This document shows positions 55,539-64,000 of a stretch of DNA of 64,000 nt, piece by piece; the first letter of the stretch is position 1; each line of letters starts with the position of its first letter. The position numbers were made by a program, and so were the translations under genes. Source of the stretch: an uncultured delta proteobacterium (lineage in GTDB: Bacteria > Desulfobacterota > Binatia > UBA9968); NCBI GenBank assembly GCA_963771465.1, contig CAVYTU010000007.1:32001-96000 (forward strand). Reading direction: 5' to 3'. The notes beneath the pieces are model-generated. The model searched no databases. It was not told the origin of the DNA and saw only the letters and a list, made by a program, of their open reading frames with translations.

Positions 55539-57308
55539 CTAGGCATTCTCGCCGCGGCGCCAGACTATCACGTCGACGAGCGATGGCTTGCCGGCTTTAA
55601 CCTGCGCGATGGCGCGTTTCAGCGCTGGCGCGATTTCGGCTGGATCTTCGATGGCGCCTTCGGCGTACCAACCCATGCCTTTGGCGATGTGGGCGAAGTC
55701 CGGCGGCGGCGCTTCCAAGTCCATGCCGATGTAAGCGCGCGCGGGGTCGGTGCCGCGCTGGTGCGCCATGTGAATTTGATGCGCCCAGTCGTTGTAGTAG
55801 GCGCGGTTGTTGTACATGACGATCAGCATCGGGATGTCGTACTTGATCGGCGTCCAGAGCGCGCCTAAGTCGAACATCAAATCGCCGTCGGGTTGGAGAT
55901 CGATGACGAGCTTACTGGTTCCCTTATACGCCAGCGCCGCGCCGATCGACGTGCCGATCTGGGTGCCGGTGCCGAGCTCGCGACCAAGGTGGCGGTAAGG
56001 TTTGTCGAAGTCCCATACTTTGTGCACCCATTCCTTGAGCGTGTTGGCGGTGAGCACCCAGTCTTCATCTTTGATCACCTGCCATATTTCATACGCTAGG
56101 CGCGACTCGGTCATGGGCCGCTCGTTCGCTTCCTTTTTAACTTGCTCCTGCCACTTCTCCCACTGGCGGTTATGCCTTTCGCCGATCGCTTTCTTGCGTT
56201 CGTCGATGCGCGTCACCAGCGCTTTATCGCCAGCGATGCGCTTGCGGATCGCGGCGGTCAACGCGGGAATCGTCAGTGCGCTGTCGCCGAGCACGCGGTG
56301 ATCCCAGTTGTGATGTTTGTTATAGTCGGTGGCCCATTTGCTGATCTCGATGTCGGCCAATCCAACATCGATCCATTTGCAGTCTGGCGTAGTCACCACG
56401 GTGATCTCGCGCGTCTGAGTATTTAACTTGTGCGAGCCGCGGGTCCAGTCGACGACGTCCAATGCAGCCACCAGATCCACGCCGTTGAAAGCATCGCCAT
56501 GGAAGCTCACGCTCAATGGGTGTTTGTTGGGAAAGCCAAGCCGCTTGTTGATATCGTACACTGAAGCGCCGATGGTTTCGGCCAACTCGACGGTCGGCGC
56601 ATAGCCGATGGGCATGCGCGCGGCGTATTCGGTCAAGAGCAGCGGATTCTTGGCGGCGACCAGCATGTCGGCGGCTTGCTCGATTGCGGTGCTTTCGGGT
56701 GCAACCCGCGACGGCACTTTGACGTTGTAGTGCGGCACCGTGACGTTTTCCGTTAGCTTCGCTTCCTGCATCGCCGAGTCGTAGACCATGTAGACCGGCC
56801 CTTGCGGTTCGCTCATCATGATCGAGTAGGCGCGCGCGAAGGAATCGGGCACGCCGTGAATGCTGCCGGGCTGGTAATCCCATTTGGTAAACTGGCGCAC
56901 CGCGTCGCCTTGGGCGAAGGCGGTGTGAATCCAGTCGATGAACGGACGGCGGTATTTCTCGTCCATCGGCCCGGTGGCGCCGATGAGAAATACCGGGCTG
57001 CGGTCGATGTAGGCGTAGTAGATGCCCATGGGCGCGTGCAAGAGGCCGACGACGTTGTGCACGATGGCGATCATCGGTTTGCCGCTCGCCTTGGCGTAGC
57101 CGTGAGCGATCTGCACGGCGATCTTTTCGTGATTACACAGCAGCATCGGCGGCTGGTTCTCGCCGTAGTTGACCAACGAGTCGTGCAATCCGCGATAGCT
57201 CGCGCCCGGATTGAGCGCGATGTATGGGAAGCCGTATTGCTTGATCAGATCGACGATGATGTCGGATTGCCAACGTTGGGTGGATTTTTTGATTTCGCTT
57301 TCGCTCAT
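55539..57308 (-). CDS. Thiamine-pyrophosphate-dependent enzyme, copy 2 (tandem paralogue)
   Basis: Same motifs as copy 1; colinear throughout. Confidence 0.9.
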   Translation of the reverse strand: MSESEIKKSTQRWQSDIIVDLIKQYGFPYIALNPGASYRGLHDSLVNYGENQPPMLLCNHEKIAVQIAHGYAKASGKPMIAIVHNVVGLLHAPMGIYYAYIDRSPVFLIGATGPMDEKYRRPFIDWIHTAFAQGDAVRQFTKWDYQPGSIHGVPDSFARAYSIMMSEPQGPVYMVYDSAMQEAKLTENVTVPHYNVKVPSRVAPESTAIEQAADMLVAAKNPLLLTEYAARMPIGYAPTVELAETIGASVYDINKRLGFPNKHPLSVSFHGDAFNGVDLVAALDVVDWTRGSHKLNTQTREITVVTTPDCKWIDVGLADIEISKWATDYNKHHNWDHRVLGDSALTIPALTAAIRKRIAGDKALVTRIDERKKAIGERHNRQWEKWQEQVKKEANERPMTESRLAYEIWQVIKDEDWVLTANTLKEWVHKVWDFDKPYRHLGRELGTGTQIGTSIGAALAYKGTSKLVIDLQPDGDLMFDLGALWTPIKYDIPMLIVMYNNRAYYNDWAHQIHMAHQRGTDPARAYIGMDLEAPPPDFAHIAKGMGWYAEGAIEDPAEIAPALKRAIAQVKAGKPSLVDVIVWRRGENA

Positions 57309-57630
57309 GCTGATTTGCTCCCTCGTGCCAACATTAAGAGCGGCAACGCCGCTCCGCCATTCCTTATGTCAGAAAACCCGCCGCGAGTCATCATGGGCGG
57401 ACATCTTTTGTTATCTGGGAAATAGCGAGGTCGTCAAGGGGTTTGATTGCGCCGTGGCTTGATTGTGCCGCCAGCGCGCCGCCCTGTCCGATCCAGTTCG
57501 ATCGTCAAGCTAACGATGAAGCGAGTGCGAGTAATTGATTTTTTTCAATGGCTGTGGATTACTGACGCCAACCTCATGTGCGTTCTGCTTACGACGACGA
57601 CCTGCGATAATTGATTTTGTCTGCGCGTCA

Positions 57631-59226
57631 ATGCAAGGCTCTTCAAGCAAATCCCCAATGGGCGTGCCGCAGCAGTTAATTTCTCGCGGCGTTTGTGCCG
57701 CAGCGTTGGCTTTAACGCTGATCGGCGCCGGTATACTCACCGTTGCCACTCACTCGGGGATTGGCATTTACACCGATTCGATCGTCTATATCGGCGCGGC
57801 GCGAAGTTTCCTCGCCGGCGATGGTTTTCAGTATCTGACCGATATCGGCCAGTTCTCTCCAATCACTCAATATCCACCCGGTTATCCGTGGCTCATCGCA
57901 GCGTTTGCGTGGATGGGGTTAGACCCGCTCGATAGTGCGCGCTGGATCAGCATCTTTTTCTGCGCCGGCAATTCACTGCTCATCGCGTATATCGTACTTT
58001 GCGCAACGGCATCTTTTGGCGCAATGCTTCTGGCAGTGTTTCTTTCTTTCGCCGCCTTCCCGATGGTCTATATCAATTCGCAGGCGCTATCCGAACCGCC
58101 ATTTATTTTTTTGATACTATTGGGCTACTGTTTCTTAGCGCGCTATTTGCGAGAATCTCACGCCGCATCGATTTACTGGTTTGCTCTGGCTATCGGGTTG
58201 AGTTGTCTGGTGCGCTATGTCGGCATCGCCTTCGGCATGACCGGTGCCGCGGTGATTCTATTTCACGGCCGAGATGATTGGCGCAAGCGATTTGTCGATG
58301 CCACAACCTTCTCCATATTGTCGGCGATTCCCATTGTTGTTTGGGTTGTCAGGAACTACTTGTTGGCGGGCAACGCGGTCAATCGGACCTTCGGTTTTCA
58401 TCTGCCGACGCTGGCGGATTTATTGCCTTCGATGGACACCGTCGCTTACTGGCTATTGCCGACGAGCATTGTTGACAATGCGCCGTGGCCTTCGCGCTTG
58501 TTTATCGTGCTCGTGTTGATGCTTTTCTGCGGCCTGGCGAGAAAGGTGGATTTGTCTCGGTCGTGGTATCCGCGCTTGATGATTTATTGCGTGGTCGGCT
58601 ACGGCTCGTTCTTGTTTGTTTCCTTTTCATTTAACGATCAGCCGCTCTTTTTCGATACTCGCACTCTGGCGCTGCCCTATGTCGCGGCGATGATTGTCGC
58701 GCTGACAATCATGACGGAGTGGTTAAGAATAAATCGCTCGATGGGAAAATCCTGGCGCTGGTTTGGCTTCGATTGTGTGATCATCGTAGTGCTCGTGCTC
58801 CAGCTGATCAACGGGGTCGTGTGGCTGCGCCATAGTTACTTGGGCGGGATCGGCTTCGCTTCCGAAACATGGCGCCATTCCGAACTTATCCATTTCGCCA
58901 AGAATGCGCCGCAGTCCACCCCGATCGTCAGCAACGCTCCCGATTTCATTTATACCCTGACCGGTAGACGCACCGCCATGATTCCTTACAAAGCTGATCC
59001 GGACACCCGTCAACCCAATCAGCAATTCACCAAGGCAATAGCAGTCATGCACGAGCAGTTGAAGCAGCCCAACGCAGTGTTTGTCTACTTCAACGATGAA
59101 GATCGACTATGGTATTTGCCGTCGATCAAAGAGCTGGAAAGCGCTATTCCGCTGTACGCTGTTAAGACCGCGAAGGATGGAACGATCTACGGTCTAAAGA
59201 GTTCCGAGACGGCATCCGCGCGCTAG
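57631..59226 (+). CDS. Polytopic membrane protein, GT-C (PMT/ArnT-like) glycosyltransferase
   Basis: TDSIVY...YPPGYP...SEP.F...RY.G pattern with many TM helices; start uncertain (57631 or 57658). Confidence 0.7.
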   Translation: MQGSSSKSPMGVPQQLISRGVCAAALALTLIGAGILTVATHSGIGIYTDSIVYIGAARSFLAGDGFQYLTDIGQFSPITQYPPGYPWLIAAFAWMGLDPLDSARWISIFFCAGNSLLIAYIVLCATASFGAMLLAVFLSFAAFPMVYINSQALSEPPFIFLILLGYCFLARYLRESHAASIYWFALAIGLSCLVRYVGIAFGMTGAAVILFHGRDDWRKRFVDATTFSILSAIPIVVWVVRNYLLAGNAVNRTFGFHLPTLADLLPSMDTVAYWLLPTSIVDNAPWPSRLFIVLVLMLFCGLARKVDLSRSWYPRLMIYCVVGYGSFLFVSFSFNDQPLFFDTRTLALPYVAAMIVALTIMTEWLRINRSMGKSWRWFGFDCVIIVVLVLQLINGVVWLRHSYLGGIGFASETWRHSELIHFAKNAPQSTPIVSNAPDFIYTLTGRRTAMIPYKADPDTRQPNQQFTKAIAVMHEQLKQPNAVFVYFNDEDRLWYLPSIKELESAIPLYAVKTAKDGTIYGLKSSETASAR

Positions 59227-59449
59227 AATTGAAGGCTATTGCCGGGACGATCTTTTTTCACCAGTCTGCCAAGCGATCGGTGGCAACATTGTAAGTTTCT
59301 TAGGGAATCTGTGATGTTAGACGTTTCAGCCATAATTGGGGAATTCCACTGAGCGAAAATCCGATGGAAAATGAATTATTTAAATCCAGTAAACCTTTGG
59401 CCGGCGCGCAAGTCTAATTTTGTAGAGGCTATTAAACCAAGGAGGTATC

Positions 59450-59755
59450 ATGAAACTCTCAAAAAACGCGCTGTTAGGTGCACTCGTCATTGGCGGATTG
59501 TTTGCCGTAACGGCGCCGGCATCTGCGGATTACAGACATGGTCGTTACTATAACAATCGGACAGAAATTCGAAATGACCGGCGCGAGTTATTCAACGATC
59601 GTCGTGAGTTGCGTCGTGACTTGCGCAATGGCGCAAGCCGCGCCGAAATCGCGCAGGATCGTCGCGAAATCCGCGATGATCTGCGAGAACTACGACAAGA
59701 TAATCGGGGTTGGCGCTATGACCGCTGGGGCCATCGTACATGGTGGGGCTGGTAA
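59450..59755 (+). CDS. Small secreted protein with DRRE(L/I)R repeats
   Basis: AAGGAGG RBS, signal peptide ending ASA, repeated charged heptads. Confidence 0.8.
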   Translation: MKLSKNALLGALVIGGLFAVTAPASADYRHGRYYNNRTEIRNDRRELFNDRRELRRDLRNGASRAEIAQDRREIRDDLRELRQDNRGWRYDRWGHRTWWGW

Positions 59756-59822
59756 ATGCTGATAATGTCGAGACGATTTACCATCAAGCGACACTTTCTC
59801 AGCTAAGTTCAAGGTGATCGAA

Positions 59823-59854
59823 TCGGGGGTGCCGGCACTGTCTGGCACCCCCGA
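59823..59854 (+). terminator. GC-rich hairpin downstream of the secreted protein gene
   Basis: TCGGGGGTGCC...GGCACCCCCGA. Confidence 0.6.
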
Positions 59855-59857
59855 CTG

Positions 59858-59944
59858 ATTCTGTTCATTTCCCTTTCATTCAACGATGCGCCGCATTATT
59901 TCGATCCTCGCACCAGAGCGTTGCCTTACGCTGCGGCAATGACC
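59858..59944 (+). pseudogene. Relic fragment paralogous to the GT-C gene segment 58609-58695
   Basis: ILFISLSFNDAPHYFDPRTRALPYAAAMT versus FLFVSFSFNDQPLFFDTRTLALPYVAAMI; many synonymous differences. Confidence 0.65.
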
Positions 59945-59983
59945 GATTACGGATCAGCGAAAGTTTCCTCACCGCCATACTCA

Positions 59984-61426
59984 TCAGTACGATTTTGGCC
60001 ATGACTCCGGCGTAGGTATCTGCTTCTCCTTGGAACTGACGCTGGAAAAGTAGATCCATCCTGCCAGTAATCGCAGGGTTGATGACAAGCCGAACAATAG
60101 CGCTAACGTAAGCAAAAATATCGCGAAGGCTTTTTCAGTTTCCACGGTCGCAGATGGCACTATCGTCGCGAACCCTAACCCCGCGGTAGCACTCATCATC
60201 TGGCTGTAGAGAGTGGCCGCAAAGCCGTAAGGCAGCGCCTGGTCGACAGCGAGAAATATTCTGCAAAGCATCGGCTCCTCACGAAGCGACCACACGGTAT
60301 GCATCATCGGATAGAATGAAAGGCAAGCAACAGATACGGCGTACCAAATGTAATGGCCTTGATGGAAAAGCGATCCGTGCCACGCCGGCAGCAGCACCAT
60401 GGGTACAGCAAACGTCAGGGATAATATCGTAAGCGTCCATTTTCTAATCGTGCTGTTATTCAATAGGATTGCTGAAATAGTCAAAACTAGTGTCCCGGTA
60501 ACCATGATGCCTGCCATTATTTCAATGAGCGAAACCTGTGTATCCAGCCAGATTTCTGCTCCTGAAATCAGAGTGCCTGCAACGTCGAAAACGCTCGCCG
60601 GAGAAACACTGAAGTATCCAAATTGATTTAGGACCTGCCAAACAATGGTCAAAAGTATAATAAGGAGCGTGGCCGTCCAGAACGACGCTCCGTCTCTGCG
60701 GCGTAGATCGGCAACGAGAATCTCTCTGTACGAAGCTGCGCTGTGATCGATACCAGATATATTTAACCAGTTAACCACAAAGAGAAGGAATGCCAGAACA
60801 GATGCCGCGACATAATGCCTCACTACATTATCATTTGCGGAAACCACGACCCAGTTATCCAGCCAAACTGACAATGCCAATACGAGTGAAATAAACAAAG
60901 CTCGATGGCAAGCAAGGCCCATGGATTCCGAAACGCTCCTTCGCCACTCTAACCGCAACAGATGTCTGGTACACAAAAAGTGATAGCAAACTCCTAGAGC
61001 TACTGCCGGGATCGTCATTGTCCAAATAAAGAAATACCGATCACCTTGTTGGCCGGGGGCCACAAAAAGCAGCAGAACCAAAGCCCACCAGATGATGAAC
61101 GGTGTCCACTGTCCGATTCGAAGTAGCGAAATCGACGCCGATGCTAGTTTGGAATTCTGCGCAATTAGGTAGCCAAGCATGGCTCCAATCGATCCGCCGG
61201 GCAAACAGGAAAGCCCAAATAAGATGGCGATGTTGCACAACCCGTATCGCAGCTTGTCTCCGCCCCAAGTTTCGGGAAAACTTATCCAACGAACGGCGTT
61301 AGGGTCTTCAGGCGACGGTCTCGTGTAAATTAATAGCAATGCAAAAAATAGTGCAAGAATTGGAAGTGAGAGCGCTCTTGTCAGACTGATGGTGTCGCCT
61401 TGTGCGTCGTCAAGCTGTTCGGTCAT
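59984..61426 (-). CDS. Polytopic membrane protein, distantly like a duplicated NitT/TauT ABC permease
   Basis: Many TM helices; SPASV...IWLDTQVSL and TAGLGF segments; visibly lower GC than neighbours. Confidence 0.55.
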   Translation of the reverse strand: MTEQLDDAQGDTISLTRALSLPILALFFALLLIYTRPSPEDPNAVRWISFPETWGGDKLRYGLCNIAILFGLSCLPGGSIGAMLGYLIAQNSKLASASISLLRIGQWTPFIIWWALVLLLFVAPGQQGDRYFFIWTMTIPAVALGVCYHFLCTRHLLRLEWRRSVSESMGLACHRALFISLVLALSVWLDNWVVVSANDNVVRHYVAASVLAFLLFVVNWLNISGIDHSAASYREILVADLRRRDGASFWTATLLIILLTIVWQVLNQFGYFSVSPASVFDVAGTLISGAEIWLDTQVSLIEIMAGIMVTGTLVLTISAILLNNSTIRKWTLTILSLTFAVPMVLLPAWHGSLFHQGHYIWYAVSVACLSFYPMMHTVWSLREEPMLCRIFLAVDQALPYGFAATLYSQMMSATAGLGFATIVPSATVETEKAFAIFLLTLALLFGLSSTLRLLAGWIYFSSVSSKEKQIPTPESWPKSY

Positions 61427-61458
61427 GGTCCGCTGCCATTTAGGTGCACACAGAGTCC

Positions 61459-62886
61459 TTAGTGGTTTATCACCGTCATCAAGTCGCAAGCATTCGCCAA
61501 TCTAGCAACGGACCAAGCGGCTTCAATTAACTGTGATTGGCGGCCTCCGTCCAAAACCCCTTCGCAGCAAGACCGCACCTTTGCTTCCAAATCAGCATCG
61601 TTCAGTGGATTTTCCGGGCCGCCGCGATAGCGTTCGTCGGCCCAGCCTTCGACTTGTTTGCCGTTCGTCAACTGGATGGCGATGCGCGAGCGCATTTTGT
61701 CGAAGCCGAGTTTTTCGATTTCCGGATCGAGTTCGGTTGTGATGCGCTTTTGCATCGCTTGCATGGGCGCGGCGGCGACGAACCCGTCGGAAAATTCTTT
61801 CTTGCCAGCTTTGCGCGCCAGTGCGATCATCGCCAGCGCGGCGGGCAGAGAAAACTTTGCTTGCAAGTGATTGGCCGCGATCGGATAGCGAATCGGGTTG
61901 AGAATGTTGGTGCCGGCGAAGACTCTCACTGTCTCGATGTCGTCCGGCTTCACGTCATGTTCACTGACAAGCTTCAACATTAGATCGATGGTTGGATGCG
62001 TGAGCACGCCGCAGGGATACGGTTTGATCGATACGCCGGGTTCGGCGATCGTCCAGGTCTTGCCGAACCCTTGGAAAATCTTATCCGCGCTGACGCCGCC
62101 GCCTTGAACCGCAAAAAATCCCCACGGGCCGTCGAGGGCGTCAGGATCGGCGGTGAAACCGCGCGCCGCGAGCAGCGCGGCGGTGACGCCGTTCTCCGCG
62201 GCACGGCCGACGTGGAGCGGCTTGGTCATGGTGCCGAAATTACAACGGATGCCAGCGGCCATGCTGGCGGCGATGCCAAAGCCGCTGCGCAACTTCTCGC
62301 CATTTAATTGCAGCAGCTTCGCAGCCGCTGCGAACGCGCCAAAAGTTCCCACCGTGGCGCTGGAGTGCAAGCCTCGCAAATAGTGCTGGGGCAACATCCA
62401 CTCGGAGATTTTGCACTCGACTTCGAAGCCGGTGAGAAAGGCGAGCATGAAAGTTTTGCCATCGATGCCGCCGACTTTCTGCGCCATCACCAAAGCGCTG
62501 CTCAATGGCGGAATCGTCGGATGAGTTAACAAGCCGTAGACGTGCGCCGGATCGATGCTCACCTGACTATCGTCCCAATCATGAGCGTGGCCGGCGGTGC
62601 CGAGCACGCGCGCGGCCATCGGCGCCGGCACTTTAGTTTTGCCGCGGCTTAGCAACAGCGCGTCCAGCCGCCCGCCGATTTCAGCCGCTTCGTCGACGAG
62701 CAACTGTACCGTCTGTTCCTCAGAACCCGCGACAAAGAGCCCGAGGCCGTCGAGCAAGCAGCGTGTGCCGATGCGCAGCGCTTCAGCGGGAATCGCCTTG
62801 AGTGTTACGTTCTCGACGAAAGCAGCTGCCGCGGCAGTGGTTTTCAAGCCGTACGGTACGGACGCGTAAGGATTTTGCTCGGCCAT
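61459..62886 (-). CDS. MmgE/PrpD-family protein
   Basis: GHAHDWDD...HP, G.HS, GTMTKPLH.G, KPYPCG..TH, AKFS, GGPENPL. Confidence 0.92.
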   Translation of the reverse strand: MAEQNPYASVPYGLKTTAAAAAFVENVTLKAIPAEALRIGTRCLLDGLGLFVAGSEEQTVQLLVDEAAEIGGRLDALLLSRGKTKVPAPMAARVLGTAGHAHDWDDSQVSIDPAHVYGLLTHPTIPPLSSALVMAQKVGGIDGKTFMLAFLTGFEVECKISEWMLPQHYLRGLHSSATVGTFGAFAAAAKLLQLNGEKLRSGFGIAASMAAGIRCNFGTMTKPLHVGRAAENGVTAALLAARGFTADPDALDGPWGFFAVQGGGVSADKIFQGFGKTWTIAEPGVSIKPYPCGVLTHPTIDLMLKLVSEHDVKPDDIETVRVFAGTNILNPIRYPIAANHLQAKFSLPAALAMIALARKAGKKEFSDGFVAAAPMQAMQKRITTELDPEIEKLGFDKMRSRIAIQLTNGKQVEGWADERYRGGPENPLNDADLEAKVRSCCEGVLDGGRQSQLIEAAWSVARLANACDLMTVINH

Positions 62887-62923
62887 GGCGAATTAACTTT
62901 CTGCGATGAGTAATGTTTGACAA

Positions 62924-63616
62924 TCAATCGACAACTTCGGAGACGTAGTAGTCGATGAAGCGGCGGTGAACGTCAGGACGGCTTTCGTTTCGGGCCATCG
63001 CTTCGCATTCCTCTTTCGAGTGGACTTTTACCGGCCCGAGCGGCGCGGCCATGATTTGGAGCTTGGCGCTGCGCACTAAGTCTAAGCCGAGACGAAGCAG
63101 TTGATCCAAATTTGTCGCCACCACCGTGCCGCCGTGGCCGCGTAGCAGCACGGCGACTTTATCGCCGAGGGTCTGTGCGACTTTGTCGCCGAGGGACTCG
63201 TTGCGAATCAGAACCGGCGAGTCGTAGATCGGTGTGCCGCGGTAAAACTGCACGCCGCAGTTGGCGATGACCTTTATTTCTTGTCCCGTGGCGGCGACGG
63301 CGATCACTTCATCGGCGTGATAATGCAGAATACATTGGACATCGGCGCGCGCCTTGTAGATCGACGTGTGCATCGCGGTCTCGCCGTTGGGCTCGCCGAA
63401 GCCGTCGAGTTTGTTGCCGTCGGCGTCAAGGATGATTAAGTCCCGCACGGCGACTTTTCCCGGCGGCATATGCGGCGTGCTGAGTATGTGATCGTTGGGC
63501 AAACGCGCGGTGATATGGCCGTAGCCGTCAATCACGCCTTGATGTTGCAACACTTTGGCTACCATCACCATTTTATCTTTGAGTGCTTCCAACGGTTCGA
63601 TCATGATCATCTCCAT
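62924..63616 (-). CDS. Class II aldolase/adducin-family protein
   Basis: GHITAR, E..MH.SIY.AR.DV..I.H.H, LLRGHG. Confidence 0.88.
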   Translation of the reverse strand: MEMIMIEPLEALKDKMVMVAKVLQHQGVIDGYGHITARLPNDHILSTPHMPPGKVAVRDLIILDADGNKLDGFGEPNGETAMHTSIYKARADVQCILHYHADEVIAVAATGQEIKVIANCGVQFYRGTPIYDSPVLIRNESLGDKVAQTLGDKVAVLLRGHGGTVVATNLDQLLRLGLDLVRSAKLQIMAAPLGPVKVHSKEECEAMARNESRPDVHRRFIDYYVSEVVD

Positions 63617-63676
63617 TTGTTGTGTAACGCTTGGGTGGAATTGTGGTGAAAGCCGATCGACGGCAAAAACTTCAGC

Positions 63677-64000
63677 TCACTTTATGTTCGATTGTTTGAG
63701 AAAATCGTCGAACAACGTAGCCATTTCGCCGGCCTTCTCGTCCCACTCTTCGCGCGGACTGAGCGCTTCGTCGTAGTGCTTGGGAAACAACACGTGCACC
63801 TCGCTGGTTTGCAACAGGCGGCCGAGGGTTTCGCCGGTCTGCCGCCCATGGGTGAGATCGTTTCCTGGGACGATACACGCTGGAACTTTGATCGAGCGCA
63901 GATCGGCTTCCGTCGCGCCAATGACCGGTAGGTCGGCGCCTTTGAGAAAATAATCGCGCCAGCGTGACATCACCTCGATGAAGCGCGCCGGCGCCATTTT
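63677..64000 (-). CDS. Probable alpha/beta hydrolase, C-terminal part (continues beyond window)
   Basis: DLRSIKVPACIVPGNDLTH...FDDFL. Confidence 0.55.
   Translation of the reverse strand, partial: KMAPARFIEVMSRWRDYFLKGADLPVIGATEADLRSIKVPACIVPGNDLTHGRQTGETLGRLLQTSEVHVLFPKHYDEALSPREEWDEKAGEMATLFDDFLKQSNIK

Noticed and set aside
57309-57530. TPP riboswitch upstream of the TPP enzymes
   Set aside because: No CTGAGA or other TPP aptamer core motif on the minus strand
58609-59944. DGR template/variable repeat pair
   Set aside because: Differences are not adenine-specific and are largely synonymous, which fits a paralogue relic
7457-63931. Many overlapping antisense or alternate-frame ORFs in the track (e.g. 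10259..11155, 33885..34760, 44285..45157)
   Set aside because: Arg/Ala/Pro-rich shadow frames of well-supported genes in GC-rich DNA, without motifs or RBS

Overview
Bacterial chromosome segment, moderately GC-rich; the gene repertoire suggests an uncultured deltaproteobacterium such as Ca. Binatota (inference). (1) 1-6161: right end of a decayed genomic island ending in a displaced 3' half of tRNA-Ser(CGA). It is packed with toxin-antitoxin (TA) cassettes and gene fragments separated by heptamer repeat tracts and three copies of a 24-bp palindrome. (2) 7088-10241: core tRNA-Ser(GGA)-ffs-dnaX-ybaB-recR. (3) 10276-38692: a ~28-kb phosphate/polyphosphate/arsenic supercluster (pit, DUF47, phoR, phoB, phoU, pstBACS, second pstS, CHAD, sixA, ppx, phoX, ars operon, phytase-like gene, ppk1) with 11-bp-periodic Pho-box-like repeats before most units. 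Unusual parts: PhoR fused to an intact thioredoxin-type ArsC/LMW-PTP domain; three separate small proteins resembling a stand-alone His-phosphoacceptor domain, a dead HATPase domain and a dead LMW-PTP domain; and a tandem pair of thymidylate-kinase-like genes. (4) 38672-49672: selenoneine/ergothioneine cluster (senB, senA, GH84 O-GlcNAcase-like gene, FGE-domain protein, LysE, desaturase-like gene, egtD, betaine/EgtUV-type ABC importer) with no selD in the window. (5) 49805-64000: catabolic and membrane genes. Several single-base frameshifts (pstB, phoX, arsC, phytase-like) may be sequencing errors. All calls are from motif recognition by eye; no searches were run.
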